Notes: a model not told the origin generated them from the sequence alone. Counted from the first letter of the stretch, positions 39,365 through 51,810 are shown. The stretch is DNA of 64,000 nucleotides from Octopus vulgaris (GCA_951406725.2 OX597821.1:44206001-44270000), one strand, 5' to 3'. Made by a program: numbers and translations.

Positions 39365-40170
39365 GCATGCTTGGATAGGCAGTTCCTTGCTGACTGACAG
39401 TGTTGTGGGTGCTGGACAGAAGAACTGGTTAATTTGCTCGGTGTCTGGTTCAGTCCAGACCTCGAAGTGAACAAGAACTGGTGTGAGGTGACAGACAGGG
39501 TGGCCAGTCTCACCTAGAAATGGGCCAAGAAGAAGCTGTCTCTGAAAAGTGGTGAATGCATATATCACATCTGTCATATACTACCACCTGACTGTCATCC
39601 CTTGTCCCACTTCGTGGCTGAATAGGCTAGTACACTTGCTCTTTTGCATCCTGTGGAAGGGACAGGTACTGCTTGTCAGACAGTCCATTTGCTATCAGGC
39701 AATGACCAAGGCAGGGCACTTGGCACCTAGAGTGTCTCTAACCACTCACAACCCTCGGCCAGTCAGGCACCTTGGAGATCTATAGGGGATTAGTGGAGGG
39801 CAAGAGTGATGATGTTCTCGGAGAGGTTCTGGATGTTGGGAGGGATCAACTGACTGGTCTTTTCAAGAGGACTTTCAGGCCAGGGCCTATTGGTAACTTC
39901 CTGAAATCCCTCACCTGGCAGTTGCTGGGGGTTCTGCTGGTTTGTGATAAGCTCTTCAGGCATGGGTGTGTAGTCAGACAGGCTTGTCTGTGATGCAAAC
40001 AGAGTGATGAAACCATTCTGCATGCTCTTGTAGAGCTTAGTCAAACAGTAATTGTCACATGTAGGACAGATCTGGCTATTGTCTGAGTCCATCAAGAAGA
40101 TCACTCCCACCTTCTACCTTTGACAATGAAGGACAGGCAGCTTTTCACTGTCTCGTAGCTATGGCAAAAG
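39365..40170 (+). mobile_element. Decayed L1/Tx1-clade LINE, post-RT region and C-terminal zinc finger
   Basis: LLGVWFSPDLEVNKNWCEVTDRV..KLSLK, VNAYITSVIYYHLTVIPCP..LLFCILWKG, DKLFRHG..C..CKQSDETILHAL. Confidence 0.8.
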
Positions 40171-40440
40171 AGGTAAAATTTCCGCTTCTTTCTTATTTTT
40201 ATTTTCCTAAAATTTTCATTGCGTCTTTCAAACTATTGAAAAGGTTGCAAGATGCTACGAAAATTTTAGAAAAATGAAAATAAGGAAAAAGTGGAAATTT
40301 TACCGATGAGTGTGTTATATTATAAGGCACAAAAAGAAAATGACTCTCCCCAGACACAACAGAATATGCTTCAACACACGAACTCATATAAAGAATCTTG
40401 CAAACCAAATCCAAAAACGAAATATATATATATATATGAT

Positions 40441-40842
40441 AGGAGTGGCTGTGTGGTAAGTAGCTTGCTAACCAACCACATGGTTCCGGGTTCAGTCCCA
40501 CTGCGTGGCATCTTGGGCAAATGTCTTCTACTATAGCCTCGGGCTGACCAAAGCCTTGTGAGTGGATTTGGTAGACGGAAACTGAAAGAAGCCCGTCATA
40601 TATATGTATATATATATATACGTGTGCGTGTATGTTTGTGTGTGTGTTTGTCCCCCTAGCATTGCTTGACAACCGATGCTGGTGTGTCTACGTACCCATC
40701 ACTTAGCGGTTCGGCAAAAGGGACCGATGGAATAAGTACTGGGCTTACAAAGAATAAGTCCCGGGGTCGATTTGCTCGACTAAAGGCGGTGCTCCAGCAT
40801 GGCCGCAGTCAAATGACTGAAACAAGTAAAAGAGTAAAAGAG
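40441..40842 (+). mobile_element. Young full-length SINE family B
   Basis: A/B-box-like head tggctgtgtggtaag...ggttccgggttcagtcccactg; CpGs retained; tail gactgaaacaagtaaaagagtaaaagag. Confidence 0.93.
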
Positions 40843-41306
40843 GACAAATTTTAGCTATTTCTCTGCAGACTGAAAAAAAAATGATGATTTTTGAACCTTA
40901 TTGGGTTCTCATCAGAAGCATCTACAACATTCTGACAGTCTCCAGAAAAACAAGTAGCCAAACTATTTATATACTCAATAAATGCAGTAGTTACTCTATG
41001 AAGGAGTCCTTAATATGAATACCAAAAAGTGTTTAACTCTCTATAAATACCAGCGGCCTGTCAGTGGGGATCTTAGTCCACACAGTATCAAGGTATGATA
41101 TAATAAATATGTATCATATGGTATATGTGCATGTGTAAATATATATTGGTATTCATGTATGTATAGAGATTAGATATACACAACAGAGGAAGACTACTCA
41201 ATACATGCTGGAAGGTTCTACTAGAATTTTTTGTTGCTTGACTGGACACATGAAGAATCAGAGTAGCAAAGGAGAAAATCATGAGTTTCAAGCAAATATG
41301 ATGTAC

Positions 41307-41413
<107 letters not shown>

Positions 41414-42344
41414 TATGCACATCTGTATGTGTGCATGTACATATGAGTGTGTGTTTGTGTGTGTAAGTGTTTGTGTATGTATGCAAGTTAGATACTGATA
41501 TTTCGAAAGAAAGCCAGAAACGGAAAAGAAAGGAAAGGAAAATGAAAATAAAGAATGGAAAAGAAGAAAAAATGTAAGAAAGAGAGATAATTAATGACTT
41601 GGTGACTTAAAGGGAAGTAATAAATTTGTTAAATGGGAGATTTTATGTGTAAACGGTAGAGGCAGGATATAGTCAGTTAAAAGACCACATTATTTTGGAA
41701 GCTTGTGGTAGGGCTGTGTGGATAAAGTCATAAAGATTTATTCCTTCCTTTCTGGCATTTGTGAAACATTAGGCTAAAGGCCAGAGAAGCCGTGATGATG
41801 GTGCTGGTTTGAATGTCTGTTGAATATCTACTGTAGAGAAACATTGTTTTATAGTTTCGTTTCATTGTTTGCAAGAATTTATAGCTAGTAAGAAAGGACA
41901 ATTGGTTTGTATCAGTGAGGCTTCCTGAGCTTTTTGGTTTTAGCCAAAACAGCTGCCACAGATTGCTTAGAGAACCATTCTGAAGAGAACGGCTTATTGG
42001 CAGCCATGGAGGCACCTGGATATTTAACTAACATTACATTCACAACAGTCATTGTTCTGTTGTTGCTTCCAATGAAACAGAAATATTGTATGTGTGTCTA
42101 CTTGTCTACTTGTGCGTATGGGTGTGTACATATATACATATAAACACATACACATATATACACATATACATATATGCATATGTATATATGTTTCTCTCTC
42201 TCTCTCTTTCTATATATATATATATATTTATATATACACACACACATACATACATACACACATACATACTTACATACATACATGCATGCACATATATATA
42301 TATATGTGTGTATGTGTGTATATGTATGTGTATGTATGTATATA

Positions 42345-42375
<31 letters not shown>

Positions 42376-42404
42376 GAGTGGGAGGAGGACATGTGTATGT
42401 ATGA

Positions 42405-42435
<31 letters not shown>

Positions 42436-42541
42436 CAGGAGTGGTGGATGTCATTCAGAATTGATAACGCTGCTGTGCACATTTTAAATGATAACTGAAT
42501 AGTCTCAGGTTTTTAAGTCCTTAATCTCCTTCTACTAATGA

Positions 42542-42601
<60 letters not shown>

Positions 42602-44224
42602 AACTACTACTACTGCTACTACTACTGCTGCTGCTGCTACCACCACCATCACTTACACTTTGCTGTCTTCTTTAATGTAGCTTACTGAATGAAATAGAAA
42701 TAAATCTCCATCTCTGCTACAATAGAGTGTTCCTACAACTTACATCTTGCTATATTGGATTATAACAGAATTCTTCACTATCAGAACTGATGCTTGCATA
42801 TCATTAATGCTAACTGATATGAACGGTTCATATAATATCGACAATAACTGACTTTATTCAAAGCAACTGAGTAAATAGAGAAAAGTTTGAGATTTTTCTT
42901 TAGTTAATGTTTTGTCATCTCAATTTATATATATATTTCCAGTAACCCAATAGTTTAAAAGTTTATACAAACACTTATTGTTATAAGTCAAAGAATGAAC
43001 TAGTAACATGATGTTTAGATAATAATGGTAAGGGACAATTGCAGCTAATGATTAGTATTTAAGGTAAGTAAAGTTTAGTATAAAGAAATGAAATAGCCAA
43101 TTGAATTGAAGATGATATGATAAATACAGAATATAACGCTCATACTTTTGTTGTATATTAAATGAGAGTTTTGAAAGCAGATAGCATATTGTCAGACATT
43201 TAATATGTTGCATAGCTGTGGTGCCATCTCCAATAAATGAAGTTTTATTGTGTAGCTCTATTGGAGAGAGGAATATTGTATTTTAGAAATGTCTCAAGTT
43301 TTGGCATCATAATGAAGAATAATCAAATGATCGGAACAAATTGATAAATGGTAAATTTTATGAAGGTCATAATGATTTTCTACAGAGATAGCGATGTGCT
43401 AGGGGAAGTGTTTGATTTACCATAATATCTGTAGGTTTAGGAGTGAGAATATAGATAAAAAGATTTTGCAAGCAGGATTTTACCAAGAGTAGTGGCAAAT
43501 TATATGAAATTAAATTTACATTTATAATAAAAAGTGGTGGTGCTGGTGGTGGTGCTGGTGGTGTTGGTGATGATGATGGTGATGATAATGATGATTAGGA
43601 TGACAACAACAACACCAATAATAAAGGATATATTAAATATAAAGAGAATGTTTAATAACACCATTTAGTATTAATGACACTATGTGGTTATTGAAGTCAA
43701 TGTGTAACCTAAGATGTGTGATGGATGAAGGAGTATAGGTCAGGCTACTTGATACATAGTTAATGAGATCAAACCCAACCTAAAGTAGCACCTCACTGAA
43801 CTATTAGCCTGGTCAATTTACTCTGCTTGTTTCATTTTATGAAATAAAAGCTGAGCAATATCTGTATCATGTTAGCTTTATGGCAGACACTCTGCGACAG
43901 CCATTCAGATATCTCAGTTACTGTAACTGGTTATAAATAGTTATATCTTTAGACATGCATATAGGTATTATTGTGTATACATATACATACATACAAACAC
44001 ATATGTATGTTTATGTATGTGTGTGTGTGTGTATGCGTGCATGCATGCGTGCATGTGTGTGTGTGAGTGTCACCGTTTAATGTCTGTTTTCCACACTGGC
44101 ATAGATTGGCTGGCTTGACAGGAGCTGGTAAGCCAGAGGGCTGAGCCAAGCTCTTCTGTCTGCTGCAGCATAATATCTATGACTGGATGCCCTTCCTAAT
44201 GCCAACCATGGCAACAGCACCTGC

Positions 44225-44420
44225 AGAGGCGCAATGGCCCAGTGGTTAGGGCAGTGGACTCATGGTCGGAGGATCGCGGTTTCAATTCCCAGACCGGGCG
44301 TTGTGTGTGTCTATTGAGCAAAAACACCTAAAGCGCCATGAGGCTCTAGCAGAGGGTGGTGGCAACCCCTGTTGTACTCTTTCACCCCAACTTTCTCTCA
44401 CTCTTTCTTCCTGTTTCTTG
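44225..44420 (+). mobile_element. SINE family C 5' half
   Basis: gaggcgcaatggcccagtggttagggcagtggactc...ggtttcaattccc...ttcctgtttcttg, then departs from the 25737 copy. Confidence 0.85.
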
Positions 44421-44639
44421 TTCCCGAAGTCCTATGCAACCGCTGAGCCTGGATGCTCATTCATCCATCTGTCGATGCTCTCAGTGTCAGGGGTTGACCT
44501 GCTTTCTCTTCTGTGGGTCTTACGAATAGCAAAGGACCACATTTCGGACTTCTCCCATCTTGCGAGCTCTGGGACGAAGACCGTTCACTTAACATCAGCA
44601 ACAGCAACACAGTACCTGCGAGGTCATGAAATAGCTTGC

Positions 44640-45192
44640 AAGAAACAGATCCCTCATTCGTGAAGAAGAGGAGCATTGGGAGAGGTGGCTTTGCATCAGA
44701 TGATGAGAGGTTAAACAATGCTAGAGGGTCAGAAATAGGTGTCTTACTGTGGACAAGATACATAGTTACCCCACTCAGATGAAGACAGGAAGAAAGAGAG
44801 AGAGAGAGAGAGAGAGATGATGGTGACATGCCAGGGTGTACCTTAAAGGTACAAGGTAGTGAATGTAAATGAAGGGGTAGAGGATTGGACAGAAGGGAGT
44901 CCATGAAAGTGCAAAGGGGAGAGAAAAGGAAAAGGGGAATGTGGTGAGTAGTGAAACACAGGTATATAGGGGAGTAGCAGAATAGCAATGATGCAATTGG
45001 CAGTGGGAGGTCAGAAGAGAGAAATGACAGAGCAGCATTGGGCTGCAGGAGTGGATGGGATAGGAGTAGGTGACGAGTGCAGTTATTGAAGAAGAGATGT
45101 AGTTTGGTTCACTGAGGTGGCATGTGGGAATAATATGCATGAGTGGAATACACAGGGCTTCCAGAACTCGGTTTTGTTGAGGTTGGCAGGTC

Positions 45193-45195
<3 letters not shown>
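44640..45195 (-). mobile_element. Pyrimidine-rich retroposon body (as at 34930), minus strand
   Basis: Purine-rich on +; shares the aggtgtcttactgt..acatagttacccca motif with ~1335 and ~53870. Confidence 0.5.
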
Positions 45196-45242
<47 letters not shown>

Positions 45243-45330
45243 ATTATTTGAGGGAATATCATTCCTAACTTACAGGGAAAAATTTAATTTAGAAATACTA
45301 AATTACTAAATCAAATTTCACAAAATATAT

Positions 45331-45627
45331 TATATATATATAAAAATTAGAAAAAAACCACCTTTCATCAATTCAAAATGAATAATTAAATTACACCATC
45401 TAGAAAATTACATATAATAGAAATATTAAAATTAAAATAACAATAATATACCGAAGATTAAGTAAATTGCAAAAAAATAATAAAAACGTATATATTTATT
45501 AGAATAAATATATACATTAAATATAATTTTAATATTTCTATTCTATGTAATTTTCTAGATGGTGTAATTTAATTGTTCATTTTGAATTGATAAAAGTTTT
45601 TTTTTTTTCTAATTTTTATATATATAT
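45331..45627. mobile_element. AT-rich foldback/palindromic MITE-like element
   Basis: ~104-bp arms 45331-45434 and 45524-45627, nearly identical; inner hairpin tatatttatt/aataaatata at 45491-45512; TA flanks. Confidence 0.85.
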
Positions 45628-45770
45628 AGTGAGAATTTACAAAAATACAAAAGACGAAGACGGGTGTGTAAACAACAAACAGATGTATTAGTTTAATGCT
45701 CGGGAAGTGAGAAAGTCTTATGTTTTGAGCCTACACTCTTCAGCAGAAAGGAACACAGAAATAAACAGGT
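45628..45770 (-). mobile_element. Penelope-like terminal fragment with a decayed hammerhead-like core
   Basis: Minus 45746-45719: ctgctga a gagt gtag gctc aaaa ca ta; same layout as the 63828 motif. Confidence 0.45.
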
Positions 45771-45895
45771 ACAACTGCACGGCATCTTGCGCATTGTCTT
45801 CTACTATAGCCCCGGGCTGACCAAAGAGTTGTGAGTGGATTTGTAGACTGAAACTGAAAGAAACCGTCATACACACACACACACACACACACACC

Positions 45896-45930
<35 letters not shown>

Positions 45931-45938
45931 TGCACACA

Positions 45939-45984
<46 letters not shown>

Positions 45985-46339
45985 GCTATGAATCTCCTCT
46001 ATAGCAAGACACTTGTGTTTCTTCCTCTATGATACATTAGCTTGTTAACACCTTGTATAAAATTATCTCTTCCTCTCTCAAATACACCTCCACTCACTGA
46101 GTTGAGGAAACTTTTTCCTGTTCTTTTCTTGTCTTACAAGTTATTCGCTGGCCTCTCTTTTGCTGGTGGTTCAAAAAAATAAAAAGCACCTAGTACACTT
46201 TGTAAAATAGTTGGCAATGGGAAGAAGATCCAACTATGAAACTATGCTAAAGCTAACACTGGAGCTCATTGCAGTTCTGCAGCTTTTTGGATCCTGTCAA
46301 ACCATCAAACTTATAACACCATGAAAAACATATTTATAT

Positions 46340-46935
<596 letters not shown>

Positions 46936-46949
46936 GAATTGATATAATT

Positions 46950-47362
46950 ATGACCGTAGCCAGTACCGCATCGACTGGCCTCCGTGCTGTTGGCACGTAA
47001 CAAACAACATCCGAGCGTGGCCGTTCGCCAGCCTCGTCTGACACCTGTGTCATTGGCACATAAGAAAACACCATCCGAGCGTGGCCGTCTGCCACCCTCG
47101 TCTGGCACCTGTGTCGGTGGCACATAAAAACACCATCCGAGCGTGGCCGTCTGCCAGCCTCGTCTGGCACCTGTGTCGGTGGCACATAAAATCACCCACT
47201 ACACTCTCGGAGTGGTTGGCGTTAGGAAGGGCATCCAGCTGTAGAAACACTGCCAGATCTGACTGGCCTGGTGCAGCCTTCGGGCTCCCCAGACCCCAGT
47301 TGAACCGTCCAACCCATGCTAGCATGGAAAGCAGACGTTAAGCGATGATGATGATGATGATG
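46950..47362 (+). mobile_element. Young RTE 3'-UTR-type element with an internal 62-64-bp tandem triplication
   Basis: Units start catccgagcgtggccg at 47008, 47072 and 47134; ends ggttggcgttaggaagggcatccagc...cccatgctagcatggaaagcagacgttaagcgatgatgat. Confidence 0.88.
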
Positions 47363-47874
47363 TGATATAATTACCTCTGTGTATGTGGTGAAGATGTAAT
47401 TGAAACATATGAGACATCTAAAAGTATCATTTGTAAGATAATAATAATCATCATCATTTAATGTACATTTTTCTGTGGTTGTATGAGTCAGATAGGAATT
47501 CATTGAGGCAGATTTTCTATGATTGGATGCTCTTCCTGTCACCAACACTCACCTGTTTCCAACTAGGGTAATATTTTCCCTTTGCTGAACATGTTTACAT
47601 GATGTCAGGATAAGGATATGGACACAAACATACACATACATGTACACACACATTTATGCATGTGCAGACATCCACACACACATGTATGTGAGAGGCTTCT
47701 TTCAGCTTCCATCTTCCAAATCTACTCATAAGATTTTGCTCAGGTCAGAGCTATAGTGGAAGATGCTTGCCCAAGATACCATGGAGAGGGGCTGAACACC
47801 TGACACCATGTGGTTGGGAAGCAAATATTTAACCACTCAGCCATACCTACTACTACTACTACTACTACTACTAC

Positions 47875-47910
<36 letters not shown>

Positions 47911-48046
47911 CATTTATGTGCCACAAGGGCAAAGGATGGGGTGGACAATACAAAGACAGATGTAAAGTGTGGGAGTTTACATATAATGAAATGTTAAAAA
48001 AAAATTGAAAGAAAGTATACACAGTATACGCTGGAAAAGAAGGGAC

Positions 48047-48170
<124 letters not shown>

Positions 48171-48368
48171 TGGTTTCAAATTTTGGTACAGCAGTTTGTT
48201 GGGAGGGTAAGTGAATTACATCAACCTCAGTGCTCAAGTGTTACTTATTTTATCAACCCCAAAATGATGGAAGGCAAAGTTGACCTTGGCAGAATTTGAA
48301 CGTTAGGATGGGTAAAATGCCACTAAACATTTAGCCTGGCATGCTAACAATTTTGCCAGCTCACTGCC

Positions 48369-48370
<2 letters not shown>
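48171..48370 (-). mobile_element. SINE family A between two TAA/ATT tracts
   Basis: Reverse complement aaggcagtgagctggcaaaattgttagc...ccaaaatttgaaacca. Confidence 0.88.
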
Positions 48371-48422
<52 letters not shown>

Positions 48423-48427
<5 letters not shown>

Positions 48428-50525
48428 CTGCTTAACAACTATGTACAAAACACTAACATCTGTCCTGACGGAATATACCTATAGTTTTTTAACAGACAGC
48501 AGCATATTCCCTAATGAACAGAAAGGATGTAAACGTGGATCCTACGGCTGTAAAGACCAACTACTCATCAATAAGATGATCTTAGAAGATTGTCACAAAC
48601 GACACAAAAACTTATCAATAGCCTGGATAGACTATAAAAAGGCTTTTGATAGCCTACCACATAGCTGGATTAGGAAATGCCTTGAAATGTATAAGATAGC
48701 ACCAACTCTGCGAAACTTCTTGACTGTAAGTATGAGATCATGGAGAACCACACTAACTCTGAACAGTGACAGTGAATCCCTAAATGCTGGTGATGTAAAA
48801 ATTTCGTGTGGCATTTTCCAGGGTGACTCACTGTCACCACTCCTCTTTTGTTTATCCTTAATACCTCTCTCAAAGCTGCTCAATGACGCGCAGTACGGGT
48901 ATAAAATGTTTGATAAAAATATAAATCATCTCGTTTACATGGATGATTTAAAGCTTTTTGCAAAAAATGATCAACAACTCAAGGGCTTACTAGCGATAGT
49001 CAAACAATTCAGTGACGACATCAGAATGCAATTCGGCCTCGATAAATGTGCAAAGGCTACCTTTATCAAAGGAAAAATGACAGAAACATCTAACGTTAAC
49101 CTTCACCAACAGAATGTCATAAAAGAACTAGACCCAGCGGAGAGCTACAAGTACCTAGGGATAATTGAAGGGAACGGAATAAGGCATTCAGAGATGAAGG
49201 AAAGGATCAGGAGAGAATGCTATCGAAGAGTGAGAGCAATACTCAAGACAGAGCTGAATGCAAGAAACAGGATCGAAGCAATCAATGCATTAGCTATACC
49301 AGTCGTGACTTACAGTTTCAATATTGTTAACTGGTCAATTACTGAAATATGTCAGCTCGACAGAAAAATAAGGAAACTGTTGACAATGCATAGAATGCAC
49401 CACCCTAAGGCAGATACAGAACGACTATATCTGCCAAGAAAAGAGGGAGGCCGTGGTCTTTTGCAACTGGCAATAACAATGAAGATTGCTACAATTGGCC
49501 TAGACACCTACCTGAAAAACTCTGAGGACTGGATGCTAAAACTTGTCTCAAAACATGAAAACAAGAAAGCATCATACTCAGTCACAAAACAGGCAAAGGA
49601 ATATCTAAGTGAACTCCGAATACAACCAATTTCGGAATTAGAGATAGATATACAAGAAACAAGCACAGAAAAAGCTAGGCGCATGAAAACCCGTGCCAAA
49701 ACTGCGGCCTTAGATATTCTGAATAATAAATGGCAAGAAAAACCTCTCTATGGCAAATACCCAAAGAGAGCGAATAATGCAGATATCGACAAAGCCCTGA
49801 CCCATCAATGGCTAATGGCCTCTGGCTTAAAATCTGAAACAGAGGGGTTTATCATAGCAGCTCAAGATCAATGCCTACCAACAAGAAACTACCAGGCCAA
49901 CATATTAAAGATCAGAAGCAGTCCAACGTGTCGTGTATGCAAGCAACAAAATGAAACCATTGACCATGTGGTCTCCAAGTGCAGTCTTCTAGCGCCTACA
50001 GAGTATCTCAACAGGCACGATAGAGCTGCACAATATATTCACTGGGTAATCTGTAAAAACCTGGATTTGCCCCATGAAAAAAACTGGTGGGAACACAAAC
50101 CACCCCCAGTGCTTGAAAATGACCACATCTCACTCCTCTGGAACTTCACCATTCAAACTGACAGGAAGATAGATGCAAATAGGCCAGACATCATATTGAA
50201 AAACTTCAAACAAAGAACATGCCTCCTCATTGATATGACTGTCCCAATCGATATAAACGTATCTGTCAAGACCTACCAAAAACTGAGCAAATATAAAGAT
50301 CTTGAAATAGAAATCAGCAAAATGTGGAAGCTGAAGACTAAAACAATACCTGTTGTCATAGGTGCCCTGGGAATGATAGCAAAAGGGGCTGATAGCTACC
50401 TAACTCAGATACCAGGAAACCCAAAAATGGCAGAAGTTCAAAAGATAGTGCTCATGGGAACTGCTCATATCCTACGCAAAATACTCTCTATGTAATCTCA
50501 AGGTTTAAAACAAACATAATTTTCG

Positions 50526-50558
<33 letters not shown>

Positions 50559-50688
50559 CATCCCCACCCCCAAATATATGGCACACTAGGCATAACAACA
50601 ACATGAACTTCCAACCCTGTTGTCTCTTGAGGTCTCTGGGTGAGACTTGGAGCCAACTTGTACAAATATAAAGCAAAAGTCAAACATA

Positions 50689-50689
<1 letters not shown>
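48423..50689 (+). mobile_element. R4/Dong-clade non-LTR retrotransposon, 5'-truncated, inserted in (TAA)n
   Basis: (AAT)n on both sides (48371-48425 and 50690-50750); intact ORF; ~190-nt 3' UTR with an internal A-run and a terminal stem-loop. Confidence 0.95.
48441..50495 (+). CDS. Reverse transcriptase + CCHC finger + restriction-like (PD-(D/E)xK) endonuclease, N-terminally truncated
   Basis: WIDYKKAFDS, GIFQGDSLSPLLF, YMDDLKLF, YKYLG, CRVCKQQNETIDHVVSKC, RHD, NRPDI, LIDMTVP, KLSKY, LMGTAHILRK; 684 codons with no stop. Confidence 0.96.
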   Translation: MYKTLTSVLTEYTYSFLTDSSIFPNEQKGCKRGSYGCKDQLLINKMILEDCHKRHKNLSIAWIDYKKAFDSLPHSWIRKCLEMYKIAPTLRNFLTVSMRSWRTTLTLNSDSESLNAGDVKISCGIFQGDSLSPLLFCLSLIPLSKLLNDAQYGYKMFDKNINHLVYMDDLKLFAKNDQQLKGLLAIVKQFSDDIRMQFGLDKCAKATFIKGKMTETSNVNLHQQNVIKELDPAESYKYLGIIEGNGIRHSEMKERIRRECYRRVRAILKTELNARNRIEAINALAIPVVTYSFNIVNWSITEICQLDRKIRKLLTMHRMHHPKADTERLYLPRKEGGRGLLQLAITMKIATIGLDTYLKNSEDWMLKLVSKHENKKASYSVTKQAKEYLSELRIQPISELEIDIQETSTEKARRMKTRAKTAALDILNNKWQEKPLYGKYPKRANNADIDKALTHQWLMASGLKSETEGFIIAAQDQCLPTRNYQANILKIRSSPTCRVCKQQNETIDHVVSKCSLLAPTEYLNRHDRAAQYIHWVICKNLDLPHEKNWWEHKPPPVLENDHISLLWNFTIQTDRKIDANRPDIILKNFKQRTCLLIDMTVPIDINVSVKTYQKLSKYKDLEIEISKMWKLKTKTIPVVIGALGMIAKGADSYLTQIPGNPKMAEVQKIVLMGTAHILRKILSM

Positions 50690-50727
<38 letters not shown>

Positions 50728-50759
50728 TATTAATAATAATAATAATAATTTTTACTCTT

Positions 50760-50950
50760 TTAGGCACAAGGCTTGAATTTTTGTGGAGAAAGGTATACCA
50801 CATCAACTCAGGTACATAACTAGTACTTTATTTTATTGACCCCAGAAAGATGAAAAAGTAAAGTTCATAAATGGCAGAATTTGAACTAAGAATGTATAGA
50901 ACCAGAACAAATACCACCAAACATAAACTCTGATGCTCAAACAATTCTGC
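50760..50950 (-). mobile_element. SINE family A just downstream of the R4/Dong TAA tail
   Basis: gcacaaggcttgaattt...gaccccagaaagatgaaa...gcagaatttgaact. Confidence 0.75.
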
Positions 50951-51099
50951 TGTACTCCATGAGATTTTCTTACCGGCCTAACTGAATGGTCAACCCAGCC
51001 AATCACACTTGATGGGGCCATACACACACCCATCCAACACTTGCATCACTTGTGACCATTAAGAAATCTCTGGAGAGGAGAGAGAATTATTCAGATAGA

Positions 51100-51450
51100 A
51101 TTCTGACTGAAGGAGGAAAATTCATTTTATTTAATAAGCTGCTATACTCTGACCGTCATGCTATGAATGTGAAAAAGATATTTTTGACAGCTAATATTCT
51201 GTCATCTTGAAAATCCCTGCTAATGACAAGGTCCTGCTGTTTTCTGACTTTAATGTCAGGGTAGGCTCTAATTCCAATAGCTGGTCGGATGTGATTGGCA
51301 GGTGGAATGTAGACATAATGAATAGTTATGGGCTGTGTAAGTCTTTTTGCAATGAACTCAACCTCCCTGTCATGAACACACTTTTATAGCTACCAAAGAA
51401 TCATAAAACAACTTTGTTGCATCCTTGATCCAAGAACTGGCATTCTATCA
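51100..51450 (+). mobile_element. Decayed RTE (BovB-like) AP-endonuclease fragment
   Basis: KIPANDKVLLFSDFNVRVGS..W..VIG..FCNELNLPVMNTLL*LPKNHKTTLLHP*SKNWH. Confidence 0.8.
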
Positions 51451-51810
51451 GTCCCAGCAAGTTAAAAAAAAAGACAAAAGGGAAAAGAAAAAAAAATTAT
51501 CACTTCTAAACTTTTGTTTACCATCTCTGTGTGTGAAAGAAATGCTTAAAAAGAATTATGTGCACATATGTATGTGTGTGCGTGTATGTGTGGGTAAATA
51601 AATGTTTTTTGCATATGTATGTATATATATATATATGTTTTTGTGTATGTTTGTATGTATGTATGTGTATGTATATGTTTTTGTGTAAGCATGTATATAT
51701 GTTTTTGTGTAAGCATATAATGTATGTATGTGTGTATGTATGTGTGTTTATATATGTGTTTTTGTATGTGTATGTACATACGTTTTTGTATATGTATGTG
51801 GGTATGTATA

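Noticed and set aside
40441-40510. tRNA genes at SINE heads (also 44225, 35337, 53581)
   Set aside because: A/B-box-like motifs are present, but no complete cloverleaf could be folded, and they continue into SINE bodies.
42744-42830. Minus-strand exon upstream of the 42657 micro-exon, with a 59-nt intron
   Set aside because: Weak acceptor, and its only open frame hits a stop when spliced to the micro-exon.
47003-47190. CRISPR-like array (also the 26-bp repeats at 9226-9410)
   Set aside because: Units are contiguous tandem repeats without unique spacers; eukaryotic context and no cas genes.
48171-48200. SINE A tail as the non-autonomous partner of the R4/Dong element
   Set aside because: Only loose similarity (cttgtgccaaaatttgaaa versus cttgtacaaatataaa), and the SINE lacks the AGGT..CTTGG stem-loop.
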